This document shows, in pieces, positions 37,317-51,481 of a stretch of DNA of 64,000 nt; positions within the stretch are counted from its first letter, which is position 1, and every line of letters starts with the position of its first letter. Source of the stretch: Mobula hypostoma (lineage: Eukaryota); the NCBI RefSeq assembly GCF_963921235.1, contig NC_086118.1, positions 14,324,001 to 14,388,000 of the forward strand, written 5' to 3'. Made by a program: the position numbers and the translations under genes. The notes below the pieces were generated by a model. The model was given only the letters and a program-made list of their open reading frames with translations. It was not told the origin of the DNA and did no database searches.

Positions 37317-38149
37317 ACTCCTTAGGGTTTAGTATGACCCTTAGGCTCATTGGAAAGGAGAAACCCATTACATGTATTGATTTTTTTTATTAGTTCAGAT
37401 AATCCATATCTTAATTTGTGACTCTTAACTTTATCAACTTGCCTTGTGTGGGTTTTTGTGTTGCATCAGAGCCAGAGTTACAATTATTTCATTCTTCTTT
37501 ACACTTGTGTACTGGAAATTCCATGAAACAATCTTGAATCTGTCAGTGTTGATGTATGAAGAACAATTGTTCAGTGAAGCACTCAAGGTGTGCCAAGCAT
37601 GCATTAGTATTTTACAGAAGGAGTTTCTTTAGAAAATGTGAGTAGGGAGGAAAGACTAAAGGGAAAAGAAAAGATGAAAAAATAATTGTTGGACAGAACT
37701 TTAAATAGGGGTTGTTGGTCTTGAATGACAGATGGTACAGGAATAGAGACTTCAGACTTGGAGGCCAAGGAAAAATCCATTGAAAACAAGAAACATATAG
37801 GAGACAGTGAGGTTGCAAAGGGCTGGTGTGTCACCTGGCAAAAGAAGCAGTCTGACTGTTGGATCCTGACACATCATGGTTTCAAGAGAAAAGGTCAATA
37901 AAATCTGGTTATCCTAACAACAAACGTCTGTGAAATTGAACGTAATGCTGGAGCTGAGTATGGGGCACAGTCCCACTAATAATATTGAAAAGTTTCACAT
38001 TGGAGTAACGCTTTGACCAAAACTCCCATCAATGGTCAGGGCTGGAAATTACAGTCAGAGCACAAAGAGGTCCAGAACTTGGTGCAATTTTGCTCTATTT
38101 CAGTGTGATGCATGTTCAATTTACAGGGCCCAAGAGACTTAATGCTAAC

Positions 38150-39933
38150 TGGGTACCTTAGCTCTCCTCAAGTCTACCACCAGCTCCTTAGTCTTTTTCA
38201 CATTAAGCTGCAGATAATTCTGCTCACACCATGCGACAAAGTTTCCTACCGTAGCCCTGTACTCAGCCTCATCTCCCTTGCTGATGCATCCAACTATGGC
38301 AGAGTCATCCGAAAACTTCTGAAGATGACAAGACTCTGTGCAGTAGTTGAAGTCCAAGGTGTAAATGGTGAAGAGAAAGGGAGACAAGACAGTCCCCTGT
38401 GCAGCCCCAGTGCTGCTGATCACTCTGTCGGACACACAGTGTTGCAAGCACACGTACTGTGGTCTGCCAGTCAGGTAATCAAGAATCCATGACACCAGGG
38501 AAGCATCCACCTGCATCGCTGTCAGCTTCTCCCCCAGCAGAGCAGGGCGGATGGTGTTGAACGCACTGGAGAAGTCAAAAAGCATGACCCTCACAGTGCT
38601 CGCTGGCTTGTCCAGGTGGGCGTAGACACGGTTCAGCAGGTAGACGATGGCATCCTCAACTCCTAGTCGGGGCTGGTAGGCGAACTTGAGGGTATCTAAG
38701 TGTGGCCTGACTATGTGGCCGGAGCAGCTCCAGAACAAGTCTCTCCAGGGTCTTCATGATGTGGGAGGTCAATGCCATCAGTCTGTAGTCATTGAGGCCG
38801 CTGGGGCGCGGCGTCTTCCACAATACAGGAACCCTCCAGAGCCTCAGGCTCATGTTGAATACATGGTGAAGTACTCCACATAGCTGAGGGGCACAGGCTT
38901 TGAGCACCCTGGTACTGACACCATCCGGTCCTGCAGCCTTGCTTGGGTTGAGACATTTCAGCTGTCTTCTCACCTGTTCAGCTGTGAAGCCCACCGTGGT
39001 GGTTTCGTGTGGGGGAGGGATATAGTCATGAGAGCAGGGTGGGGGACTGTGAGGATGAGTAGGAGGGGAGAGTGGAATATGTGTTGGTTGGGGGTCGACA
39101 ACAGATGGCTCATGTGGGGGATGGGCAGTGGTCACAATGTCACCCGGGGGTCAGTGTGGACATGGTGGAGGATTACAAATACCTGGGGATATGAATTGAC
39201 AATAAACTGGACTGGTCTAAGAACACTGAGGCTGTCTACAAGAAGGATCAGAGCCGTCTCTATTTCCTGAGGAGACTGAGCTCATTTAATATCTGCCGGA
39301 CGATGCTGAGGATGTTCTACGAGTCTGTGGTAGCCAGTGCTATCATGTTTGCTGTTGTGTGCTGGGGCAGCAGGCTGAGGGTAGCAGACATCAACAGAAT
39401 CAACAAACTCATTTGTAAGGCCAATGATGTTGTGGGGATGGAACTGGACTCTCTCACGGTGGTGTCTGAAAAGAGGATGCTGTCTAAGTTGCATGCCATC
39501 TTGGTCAATGTCTCCCATCCATGTCTCGGCCTGAAACGTCGACTGCACCTCTTCCTAGAGATGCTGCCTGGCCTGCTGCGTTCACCAGCAACTTTTATGT
39601 ATGTTGCTTGAATTTCCAGCATCTGCAGAATTCCTGTTGTTTGCGCTACATAATGTACTGGGTGGGCACAGGAGTACATTCAGCCAGAGACTCATTCCTC
39701 CGAGATGCAGCACAGTGCGTCATAGGAAGTCATTCCTGCCTGTGGCCATCAAACTTTACAACTCCTCCCTTGGAGGGTCAGACACCCTGAGCTGATAGGC
39801 TGGTCTTAGACTTATTTCATAATTTACATATTACTATTTAACTATTTATGGTTTTATTACTATTTATTATTTATGGTGCAACTGTAACGAAAACCAATTT
39901 CCCCCGGGATCAATAAAGTATGACTATGACTAT
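38150..39933. mobile_element. Rex1/Babar LINE with 5' inversion
   Basis: Minus segment 38150-39137 (RT up to VVDLRRAKVP) and plus segment ~39140-39933 (SVDMVEDYKYLG to (TATGAC)n tail) are contiguous parts of the copy at 41093-43763. Confidence 0.88.
39522..39645 (+). mobile_element. Penelope terminal-repeat fragment inserted in Rex1
   Basis: Begins inside hammerhead stem II (gtctcggcctgaaacgtcgactg); absent from the paralogous Rex1 at ~41385. Confidence 0.85.
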
Positions 39934-40924
39934 AACAGCAGTATGATCTTTCCAAAGGCACAGAGTTGTTTGTGACAAAGTTAACATTTTCACAAATATT
40001 CTTTGCTCAACTTCACATTGTAAACAAGAACCAGTCCTCAGTTCTTAATGTAAATTGCAAGCTCGCTGTAAGAGATGCAATGTGCAAAGTGAAGTGACCA
40101 TAAGACTTCTTGTAAGCATTAGCCAAACACAAGCCAATAGCACTATATTAGATGGTCTACTTTAAACTCGACAACTACAGCTGTTAGTTACAACATTGTC
40201 CTTTGAAGCTTCTAGACCATCTTTGTAGATTACTTTGTCCCAGCAAAGGTAAATGGAAAACATCACATGCAGATGATGTCATCTAGAAGAAAACAGTGTT
40301 AATGTTAGAAAGCACTGGGGACTACTAGGAATGACAAGGAGAATGACAGAAAGACGGAGTGACAGAAAGAAGAACTAGAATTCATTCCTCAACCTTCAGT
40401 TTCTGTGACAGATAAGTCATTTGACTGCAACTCATTGGTATGTTCTTTTACTTCATTAGAATTGTACCTCTGTTTGGAAAAAATTTGTAGTTTGTAAATT
40501 CCTTGTATATTGAAAATCTTTTATAAATCAGAAATTTTCTCTGTGTTAAATGTGTATTATCACACTCCTTGTCTGGAAGTCTGCAAGTAGCCCTCTTCTG
40601 AATATTGCACCTGAAACGTATAAAATGACATTCCCAACGAGTTTTATTTCCAGTTCTTCATGAAAAATAGCTGTTTTCCACCAAATCTATTGGATAATAA
40701 CTTGGAAAAGGTGAGATGCTTGTTATATCATAGTCTTATAGCATGGGAATCCTTTCAACCTCCTCAACTCCAAGGAAAATAAACATAGCCTATCAGGTGT
40801 CTCATCATGAGTAAAAAGCAACTATCCCAGACAACATTTTGGTGAATGTCCTCTGCAACCTTTCCAAATCAATCCCATACTTCCTTCAGTGTGGTTACCA
40901 ACAGTGCACACAGTACTCCAACCA

Positions 40925-43900
40925 TGGTCTAACTGATTGACTTTTAAGTGACGTCAATCCACTCCAATAAGCCTAACGGAATAACAGGTCCACAGCAGAT
41001 ACTATCTCATTGACTCTTCACTTAACCCTAGGTCGTCTGGACAGTGAAGGTGACATCAGGATGTGCATTATTGACTACAGCTCAGCATTAATAGTCATAG
41101 TCATAGTCATACTTTATTGATCCCGGGGGAAATTGGTTTTCGTTACAGTTGCACCATAAATAATTAAATAGTAATAAAACCATAAATAGTTAAATAGTAA
41201 TATGTAAAATTATGCCAGAAAGCAAGTCCAGGACCAGCCTATTGGCTCAGGGTGTCTGACCCTTCAGGGAAGGAGTGTAAAGTTTGATGGCCACAGGCAG
41301 GAATGACTTCCTATGACGCTCTGTGTTGCATCTCGGTGGAATGAGTTTCTGGCTGAATGTACTCCTGTGCCCACCCAGTACATTATGTAATGGATGGGAG
41401 ACATTGACCAAGATGGCATGCAACTTAGACAGCATCCTCTTTTCAGACGCCACCGTGAGAGAGTCCAGTTCCATCCCCACAACATCACTGGCCTTACGAA
41501 TGAGTTTGTTGATTCTGTTGGTGTCTGCTACTCTCAGCCTGCTGCCCCAGCACACAACAGCAAACATAATCGCACTGGCCACCACAGACTCGTAGAACAT
41601 CCTCAGCATCGTCCGGCAGATGTTAAAGGACCTCAGTCTCCTCAGGAAATAGAGACGGCTCTGACCCTTCTTGTAGACAGCCTCAGTGTTCTTAGACCAG
41701 TCCAATTTATTGTCAATTCGTATCCCCAGGTATTTGTAATCCTCCACCATGTCCACACTGTCCCCCTGGATGGAAACAGGGGTCACCGGTACCTTAACTC
41801 TCTTCAGGTCTATCACCAGCTCCTTAGTCTTTTTCACATTAAGCTGCAGATAATTCTGCTCACACCATGTGACAAAGTTTCCTACCGTAGCCCTGTACTC
41901 AGCCTCATCTCCCTTGCTGATGCATCCAACTATGGCCGAGTCATCAGAAAACTTCTGAAGATGACAAGACTTTGTGCAGTAGTTGAAATCCAAGATGTAA
42001 ATGGTGAAGAGAAAGGGAGACAAGACAGTCCCCTGTGGAGCCCCAGTGCTGCTGATCACTCTGTCAGATACACAGTGTTGCAAGCACATGTACTGTGGTC
42101 TGCCAGTCAGGTAATCAAGAATCCATGACACCAGGGAAGCATCCACCTGCATCGCTGTCAGCTTCTCCCCCAGCAGAGCAGGGCGGATGGTGTTGAACTC
42201 ACTAGAGAAGTCAAAAAGCATGACCCTCACAGTGCTCGCTGGCTTGTCCAGGTGGGCGTAGACACGGTTCAGCAGGTAGACGATGGCATCCTCAACTCCT
42301 AGTCGGGGCTGGTAGGCGGACAGAAGGGGATCCAAGTGTGGCTTGACCCATAGGCCGGAGCAGCTCCAGAACAAGTCTCTCCAGGGTCTTCATGATGTGG
42401 GAGGTCAATGCCACCGGTCTGTAGTCATTGAGGCCGCTGGGGCACAGCGTCTTCGGCACAGGGACGAGGCAGGACATCTTCCACAGCACAGGAACCCTCC
42501 GGAGTCTCAGGCTCAGGTTGAAGACATGGCGAAGTACTCCACATAGCTGAGGGGCACAGGCTTTAAGCACCCTGGTACTGACACCATCCGGTCCTGCAGC
42601 CTTGCTTGGGTTGAGACGTTTCAGCTGTCTCCTCACCTGTTCAGCTGTGAAGCCCACCGTGGTTATCGTGTAGGGAAGGGGTATAGTCATGAGAGCAGGG
42701 TGGGGGACTGTGAGGAGGGGTAGGAAGGGAAAGTGGAATATGTGTTAGTTGGGGGCCGACATCAGGTGACTCGTGTGGGGGATGGGCAGGGGCCACAATG
42801 TCAAATCTATTAAAGAACAGGTTAAGTTCGTTGGCCCTGTCCACACTGCCTTCAGCTCTTCTGTTGCTAGTTTCTCGGAACCCAGTGATGGTCCTCATCC
42901 CACTCCAGACCTCTCTCATGTTGTTCTGCTGGAGTTTCCACTCAAGCTTCCTCCTGTACCTGTCTTTAGCCTCCCTGATCCTGGCTTTCAGGTCCCTCTG
43001 TATTACCCTCTGCTCCTGCCTATTTCCATCTCTAAACGCCCTCTTTTTAGCGTTCAGGATGTCCTTAATGTCCTTTGTTACCCATGGCTTGTTATTTGAA
43101 TAACAAAGGACAGTTCTTGTCGGAACATTGCAGTCCACACAGAAGTTGATGTAATCAGTGATGCACTCTGTGAGCCCATCAATATCCTCTCCAAGTGGCT
43201 CACAGGGTGCCTGCCAGTCTGTCACCTCAAAACAACCCTGGAGCGCCTCATAAGCCTCCTCTGACCATTTCCTCACTGTCCTCGAGGTTGCATGTTTACT
43301 CTTCACCAGAGGCACGTAGCAGGGTTTTAGATGTACCAGGTTGTGATCTGACCTTCCCAATGGGGGGAGTGGAGAAGAGCCGTATGCATCCTTAACGTTA
43401 GCGTACATCAAATCCAGAGTCCTCCCCCTCTGGTTGTACAGCTCACATACTGCATGACATTGGGCAGTGTTCTAGCCATGGTAACATGGTTGAAGTCACC
43501 CGAGATGGTAATGAGGGCACTCGGGTGCTGGGTTTGTAATCTGGCTATGATGGTGTAAATGATGTTACACGCTGACATCAGTTTGGCAGAGGGAGTGATG
43601 TACACAACAACCACAATTGCATGCGAGATTTCCCTTGGCAAATAATATGGCCGGAGTCCAACAGCAAAAAATTCAATATCCGGGCTACAAATACATTCCT
43701 TGATCGTAATATGCACAGGATTGCACCATCTGTTGTTCATCCGAACCGCAAGCCCCCCTCCATCATTAATTACCATCATCCCCTCAAAACTAATCAATAA
43801 TCTCCTAAACTTTGGCTTCAATAGCTCCTTTTACAATTGGAGCTGCAATTTCCTCACTTGCAGACCCTAGTCAATTGAGATGGGCAACAACACCTCCTCC

Positions 43901-45003
43901 GTGATCCGATGATCTTCATCAACACAGGTGCACCACAATGTTGTGTACTTGGTCCCCTGCTCTACTCTACACTTATGACTGCGTGGCTAACCACCTCTCC
44001 AATGGCATATTCAAGTTTGCCGACTGTCGTAGGCCAAATTAAAGGTGGTGATGAATCGGCACATAGCAGGGAGATTGAAAATCTGGCTGATTGGTGCTAC
44101 AGAAACAACCTCTTAATCAATGTCAGCAAGATCAATGAGCTGATTATTGACCAGGAGAAGAAAACCAGAGTCCATGAGCCAGTCTTCATCGGAGGATCAG
44201 AGATGGAGAGGGTCAGTGACTTTAAAATCCTTGGTGTTATTATTTCAGAGGACCTGTCCTGGGCCCAGCACGTGTGCAATTACAAAGAAACCATGGTAGC
44301 ACCTCTGCTTCCTTAGGAGTTTTTGAAGATTCGGCACGACGTCTAAAACTTCAACAAACTTCTATAGATATATAATGGAGAGTATATTGACTGGCTGTAT
44401 CACAGCCTTGTAAAGAAACACCAATGCCCTTGAATGGAAAATCCAACAAAAAGTAGTGGATATGACCCAGTCCATTACAGGTTATCCCCTCCTCACCATT
44501 GAGCACATCTACATGAAACACAGTTACAGGAAAGTAGCATCCATTATCAGGGACCCACCACCACCCAGGACATTCTCTTTTCTCACTGCTGCCATCAGGA
44601 AAACGCTACTGGAACCTCAGTATTCGCACCACCAGGTTCAGGAACAGTTACTACTCCTCAATCATCAGGGTCTTGAAGCAAAGGGAATAACTTCACTCAA
44701 CTTCACTTGTCCATCACTGAGCTGTTCCAATAACCTTTGAATTCGCTTTCCAGGACTCTTCATCTCAGGTTCTCAATATTTATTTCTTATTTATTTGTTT
44801 GTTTGTTTGTTTGTTTATTTATTATTATTATTCTTTCTTCTTTTGTATTTGCAATTTGTGGTCGTCTGTACTCTGATTGAACACCCAATTTGGTGCAGTC
44901 TTTTATCGATTGTTACTCTATGGATTTATTGAGTATGCCCAAAGGTCAATGCAGTTTATATATGGTGACAGAGATGTTTTTTGATAATAAATTTTACTTT
45001 GAA
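40925..45003 (+). mobile_element. Old Rex1/Babar LINE, split by a younger Rex1
   Basis: RT remnants (IDYSSA; GAPQCCVLGPLLYS; FKILGVIISEDLSW) on both sides of the insertion; tttgaac tail. Confidence 0.75.
41093..43763 (-). mobile_element. Rex1/Babar LINE, APE+RT with frameshifts
   Basis: ORFs 43408-43821, 42641-43411, 42292-42690 and 41247-42374 (GDFN, SDH, GAPQGTVLSP, KFSDDS); (ATGACT)n tail; 7-bp TSD CATTAAT (41086-41092 / 43764-43770). Confidence 0.92.
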
Positions 45004-45589
45004 CATTATTATTCACAGAAAAGTTGCAGCAAGGAAAAGGCCATTTGGCCCCTTGAATCTGTATCTCTCTGCATAAGTGCTGAGTATACTCTACATAAGT
45101 GTCTTTCTGCAAGCTGGTCCCAATTCCTTGTCCTCTTTCCATAGCCCCTTTCTTGTGCGTTTCCAGCAACCCTTTGAATGCCACAACTGAATCTGCATCC
45201 GCCATCACTTTGACTCCATGGGGAAAACGGCTATTCTCACAAATATTACAAATGTTATAATTGACCACTTAAATAAATATAAGGAAACATCATGCAAAGG
45301 AAACATGGATAAAATCCTGAAGGATTTGGTGGACTTGACTCTCAGAAATGCAGGTATGACTCCATAAAGTGGACAAAAGTCCACCATCGCTATCACTGGA
45401 AGAAAGGACAACAGAGAGGACTTCAAGCCAGATTCACATGTTGAGGTATGAGGTTACCTCTTCCAAGCATTTACCTGGCCAATATGCAGTCTATGGAGAC
45501 CAAGAAAAAGGATCTCAGGGCAAGAATGCTGTAACAGAGGGAAATGAGGGCATGCTCTGTCCTCTGTTTCATTGAGATATCACTCACTC

Positions 45590-48095
45590 CAGACACGCCA
45601 GATATGGCAATCACACCCGAGAGGTTCTCAATCTACTGAATGTATCAATCTGCTGAACATTTGGGGAAGATAAAAGCTAGGGGTCTGTATTTCATGACAA
45701 GTTCTTCATGGTGCTTGGACATAGTGGCCTTCTTGCGCTTTTATTTTCCTGACATGGAAATTCTAATGATTAAGTGCTGACCGTTCTACTTACCGAGAGA
45801 GTTCTCCTCTGTGATCCTGACCCCAGTTTACATACCAATAAAGACAGATGTTAAGCAAGCACTTGTTCTATTGAGTGTCGTAATAAGCAAACATGAAACA
45901 ACCTACGCTGATGCTTTTCACATATTGACTGGGGAGTTCAAACACACTTGATTGAAGAAATCTCTGCACAATTACCATATCACCTGGGCACCAAGGGCTC
46001 CACCACTTCCACGCTACCATTAGGAATACTGATCATCCCATGGCTCTGATCACTTGGCTGCCCTTCTCCTACTTCCATGTAGGCAGAGGCTAAAGTACAA
46101 GTTACCAGAAGTAAGTCCAACAAAGAGGTGGTAGTAGGTGGCAGAGGACTGGCTAAGGGTTTGCTTTGAGTCAGAGGACTGGGCCATGTTCACAAAACCA
46201 TTCAGCATCTCTCCCAACCAGAACTCTGGATGAACCAAGAAATCCACAATCTGTTGAGGGATAGAACAGTGGTGTTCAACTCTGGTAACTCAAAGTACAA
46301 GAGGTCCAGGTACGATCCTTGGAAAGCCATCTCACATGCAAAATGGCAACCTGAAACATGGAAGGGTGCTCGACATCTGCGGCAGGGCTTGAATGCCATC
46401 ACCTCCTACAAAGCAAAACCAAGCAACATAAATGGCAATTAGGTTTTGCTCCCGGATGAGCTCAATGCCTTTTATGCTTATAGAAGCAACTTGGCAAACT
46501 CATACAGCTACTGGAGGCCTTATAATTTCAGTTTCTGAGGCCGACTTGAGTACACCCTTCAGGAGGGCGAACCCACAAAAAGCACCTGGCCCTGAAAGTG
46601 TAGCTGGCTGAGTACTAAAGACCTATGCTAACCAACTGGCTGCAGTGTTTACTGACGACTTTAACTCTCACTTCGGCAGTCTGAGATATCTATCAGAAGG
46701 CGGGGTGAAGTTAAGATGGTGCTAAACGGCGACTCCTTTGCTTACATCTTTAGAAACAGCTTTATTTCTACCTTTGTTATCTTTCTTTGTTCCTTTTCAG
46801 GGTGTGGGGGGGGGGGTTCTTTTGAAGACCCTGACCTGGAGTTACAATCTGACTTCAATTCTTGCGGGAATGGGACCGTCTCTCGGGGCCTCATGACTGG
46901 CCATTTTTTGATATCCCAAGGAAGACATGCCTTCAGATTTTCCAGATTTCGTGGCTCTGGGGACGTGCTGATTCTAGGCTGGTGCCCTGAATGAAGCATT
47001 GCAGGAGAACACGGAACATCGGGTTAGCTGCTGGGAATTCTGTGCCCCAAGAGCTGCACCTTTTTGGTGCTGACTCTCTGGGTGAAGAGTTCGGAAAAAG
47101 CGACGCAACAGACTTTTAACATCATAAATTGGTGAGTTGTTTGCTATGTCTCCCCTCTCGCTGTGAAACGGGGACACCTCTTTTTCCCTTACTAGGAAGA
47201 GAGAGAGCCTATGGTATGTAGAATTACCGGGTAAATGAGTAGTTTTTGGGGTACTGCAAGTCTGTGTCTTTATTGATGCTTTGCTGCACGCTTGAATGCT
47301 TGGTAAGGGTGCTGATGCACTTTTGCTGGTGTGGGTGGGTGGGGGTCATTGCTTTGCTGCTGCTTGTGTGTGGGAGAGGAGAGCTCAGTGGGGCTTTGGG
47401 GTTCTAACATTTAACTGTCATTCATTCTTTGGGGCACTCCTGTTTTCATGGATGTCTGCGAAGAAAAGGAATTTCAGGATGTATATTGTATATGTTTCTC
47501 TGACATTAAATGCACCTACTGAAACTTAAAGCAAACTCCATTCATACCAGTAACCAAGAAGAACTTGGCAACCTGCCACAATGACGATCAATCAGTAACA
47601 CCTCCTTCCATTGTGATGAAAAGCTTTGAGAAGTTAGTCATAAAGCATATCAATTCCTGCTTGAGGAGTGACATGGATCTGCTCCAATTTGCCTACAATC
47701 ACAACAAGTTGACAGAAGATGACAGCCATTTCATTGGCTCTCCACTCAGCTCTGGAGCATCTGGACAGTGAAGATGCATATATCATGATATTCTCTATTG
47801 ATGACAGCTCAACATTTAACACTATCATCCTCTCATAACTAATCAATAAGCTCCAATACCAGGCCTCAGTACTTCCTTGGGTAACTGGATCATCAACTTC
47901 CTCACTTGCAGACCCCAGTCAGTACAAATTAGTAGCAACATCTCCTCCAGAATCACCATGAGCACAGCTGCATCACAAGGCTCTGTCCTTGGTCCCCTGC
48001 TCTCCTTGCTTTACACGTATGGCTGTGAGGCTACGTACATCTACAATACCATATTCAAGTTTGCTGACAACATCACTGTTGTTGGCCAAATCAAA
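45590..48095 (+). mobile_element. Ancient Rex1/Babar LINE remnant (interrupted)
   Basis: Degenerate APE and [35 protein letters not shown]. Confidence 0.65.
46695..47526 (+). mobile_element. Non-autonomous retroposon with AAGATGG 5' end
   Basis: Interrupts Rex1 coding sequence; 5' aagatggtgc; 3' ATTAAA plus short tail. Confidence 0.55.
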
Positions 48096-48124
48096 CCCAG
48101 TGACTGTGTATTTTATTATCCAAG

Positions 48125-49350
48125 TATGTATGCAGAAAATCAGTGATTCCTAAAAAAGAAAAAAGCACAACGAATAAATGGATGACAGATGAAATCAAAA
48201 ATCTAATGGAAGAAAGGAGATGGAAGAAAGCAAATCCTATGTAAGTCCTTAGATAAAAAAGTTAAAAGCTTATGTCAAAAGGCCAAAGAAGAATGGTTAA
48301 AACAGGAATGTGAGCAATTAGAAAGAATCCCTATTACTGATCCAAAAAGGTTACATCAACAAATCAAGAGTATCACTGGTAAAAAGCTCATCTGTGGATG
48401 TTTGAAAGCAAAGGATGGTATCATTATCATGGAAAAGATGAGATAATGAACAGATGGACTGAGTATACTCAGGAATTGTTTGAAGACGATCGAGGCGAAA
48501 AACCAGAAATTAAGAAAAACATTGAAGATCCAAGTATTTTAAAATCTGAAGTTCGTAATGCAATAACTAAGATGAAGAAAGGAAAGGCAGCAGATCCTGA
48601 TTAATTAGTAATAGAACAAATTATTGCCCTTGAAGATTATGGAATTGAAAAACTTACTGATTTAATTAATGACATTTATGAGACTGGAATGACACCAGAA
48701 GAGATGAGAAAATCAGTATTTATCACCTTTCCTAAGAAACCTGGAGCAATAGAATGTGAATTACATAGGACCATAAGTTTAATGAGTCATATCACTAAGA
48801 TACTTCTAAGAATTTTGAAGACAAGAGCTAAAACTAAAATACAAGCTGAAATAGGTAAAGAACAATGTGGTTTTGTGAAAGACAAAGGTACAAGAAACAC
48901 AATATTGATGTTAAGGATACCATCAGAACGAGCTATTCAAGTGCAAAAAGATTTGTTTGTTTGTTTTATCGACTACACAAAAGCATTTGATAAAGTGAAG
49001 CACAATAAGTTATTCGAAATATTACAGGAAACTCTAGATCTAGATTCCAAAGACCTCCGCCTAATCAGAAATCTGTACTGGGAACAAACTGCCGCTGTAA
49101 GAATAGATGGAGAAGTGAGTCATTTTACGAAAATCAAGAGAGGCATTAGACAAGGGTATGTTTTCTCCCCTGATTTGTTTAACGTGTACATTGAAACAAT
49201 ATTACAAAAAATAAGAGACATCTTGGGAATCAAAGTTGGCTGTAAAAACGTCAATGATTTTAGATTTGCGGATGACACTGTGTTAATTGCAAGTACGGAG
49301 AAAGAACTACAAAACTTAATTGATATAGTTGTTGAAGAAAGTGCAAAAAA
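48125..49350 (+). mobile_element. RTE-clade (BovB-like) LINE RT fragment
   Basis: ORF 48689-49357 PKKPGAIECELHRTISLMSH...EQCGF...FIDYTKAFD...GIRQG...RFADDTVL; AT-rich compared with neighbouring LINEs. Confidence 0.85.
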
Positions 49351-51041
49351 CCTCTGACAGCCCTCTAAACTGTCCATAACACCTCCAACCTTTGTGTCAT
49401 CAGCAAATTTACTAACCCCCATCCCTCCACTTCCTCATCCAGGTCATTTATAAAAATCACAAAGAGTAGGGGTCCCAGAACAGATCCCGGAGGCACACCA
49501 CTGGTCACCGGTGTGGTGAGCCTTTCTAAAACAACAGAACAATGTTAGCTATCCTCCAATCCTCTGGTACTTCATCTGTTTTTAAGAACATTTCAAATAT
49601 CTCCACGAGGACCTCTGCAATTTCTTCACTGGCTTCCTACATAGTCCAAGGGAATACCTTGTCAGGCCCTGGAGATTTATCCTTCCTAATTTGCTTCAAG
49701 ACAGCAAACACCTCCTCCTCTGTAATCTGTATAGGGTCCATGTTTTGCCTCACTTCTATAGACTCTGTGTCCATCTCTTGAGTAAATTCAAGTATAAAAT
49801 ATCCATTTAAGATATTCCCCATCTCTTGTAGCTCCGTGAACACATGACCACTTTGATTTTTTTGGAGGACCAATTTTGCCCCTTGCTATCCTTTTGCTCT
49901 TAATATATCTGTAGAAGCCCTTGAGGTTCTCCTTCACCATGTCTGCAAGGAGAAATTCATGCCTTTTTTGGCCCTTCTGATTTCCTTTTTAAGTGTCCTC
50001 TTCCATTTCTTCTACACGTCAAGTAACTTATTTGTCTTTCCTGCCTATACTTGTATGCACTTCCTTCCTCTTTTTAACCAGGGCCTCAATATCTCTAAAA
50101 ACCAAGGTTTCCTAAACCTGTTATCCTTGTCTTTTATTCTGATTGGAACATGCAAACTCCGTGCTCTCAAACTTTCCCCTTTGAAGGCCTCCCACTTACC
50201 AAGTACACTTTTGCCATAAAGAGTTAGAAATACATGTGGACTAAGATGTTAACTGTCCTGTGCTATCACCATTGGGATCATCGGTTAATCTGCCACCTGT
50301 CTTCAGGAGTTTCAGCCCACTTATGATCAAGGCTCCCTCGAGGTGGTGGGCCAGCAGTGCTAAAGCACCACCTCCCACTGGTGAGCTTAAAAACTTGGCA
50401 TCTGCCTCGATCATAAATAACCTGTCCCACTCCATACTTGCTAGATCTTTTCTGATACCATCAAAATCGGCCTTTCTCCAATTTAGAATCTCAAACCAAA
50501 AACCAGACATACCGTCTCCTAACCCTGGCGATCCTAACTTTTAACTTAGCACCTAATACCCTGAACTCACTTTTCAGGACCTCATCTCCTTTCCAATCCA
50601 TGTCATCAGATTGTGGACCACAATCTCTGGCTACTCAACAGCACACTTAAGAATACTGTGGACTTGATCCAAGATATCCTTGACCCTGGCACCCAGGAGG
50701 CAACATACAGTCTGGGAATCCTCTTCTCATCCTCAGAACCTCTTGTCTGTTCCTCTACCAATTGAACCCCCTACCACTACACCTCACCTCTTCTCCCCAC
50801 TTCTCTTCTGAACCACAGAGCCAGAGACTTGATCGCTGTGGCCTTCCTCCACGAGGTCACTTTCCCCCTCCTCCACCAACAGTATCCAAAGTGGTATAGC
50901 TGCTATTGAGGGTGACGGCCACAGAGGTACTCTGAACTGTCTGCCTGTCCCCTTTCCCTCTGCTGACAGTCACCCAGTTACCTGTGTCCTGCACCTTGGG
51001 TGGAACTACCTCCATGTATGTCCTGTCGATCCACCCTTCAG
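49351..51041 (-). mobile_element. Fragmented CR1 (RT, linker and ORF1 pieces)
   Basis: [21 protein letters not shown]1 VVPPKVQDTGNWVTV, similar to the 58662 ORF1; resumes briefly after 52312. Confidence 0.85.
50221..50411. mobile_element. Unclassified 191-bp insertion in CR1
   Basis: Flanked by a CATAAA duplication (50215-50220 / 50412-50417); CR1 is continuous across it. Confidence 0.55.
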
Positions 51042-51179
51042 CAGACATCCCACCCTGCAAAAACTCATTTCAGGGAGGTCTCAGCCGGAAGTCTCAACCC
51101 CATAGCAGTCTGTGTCAATGAATTTGTTAACTTTGCAAGGCATCAGATTCACAGAGACAGCTGACCTCTGAATTCTGTC

Positions 51180-51446
51180 TTAATGTGCCATGTTCACAAT
51201 AGCTGCTGTCTTGGTTGATGAGCAGGCATAGTTTTTTGCTATTTCTGAATCAGGAAACATTTTCCTGAATAACTTGCCTGTGTGCTTACACACCTGGAAT
51301 GGCAGGTTATGCTCAACGATGAAAGATGTAAAGTACACCTCAGCTCTGGTGACCTTCTCTGTCAGACTTTGGCTTTCTGCTGAAAAGAACTGTGAAATAC
51401 TTGAGCAGCTTACCCTGCGCTTAGCCTCCCTAATATGTTGTGGCCC
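51180..51446 (-). pseudogene. hAT transposase N-terminal exon fragment
   Basis: Acceptor ttttatttcttttag then open frame GPQHIREAK...KVTRAEVYFTSFIVEHNLPF...GKLFRKMFPDSEIAKNYACSSTKTAAIVN; not in the ORF track because it has no start codon. Confidence 0.75.
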
Positions 51447-51481
51447 CTAAAAGAAATAAAAGCATAAGGTGTATCCTTATT

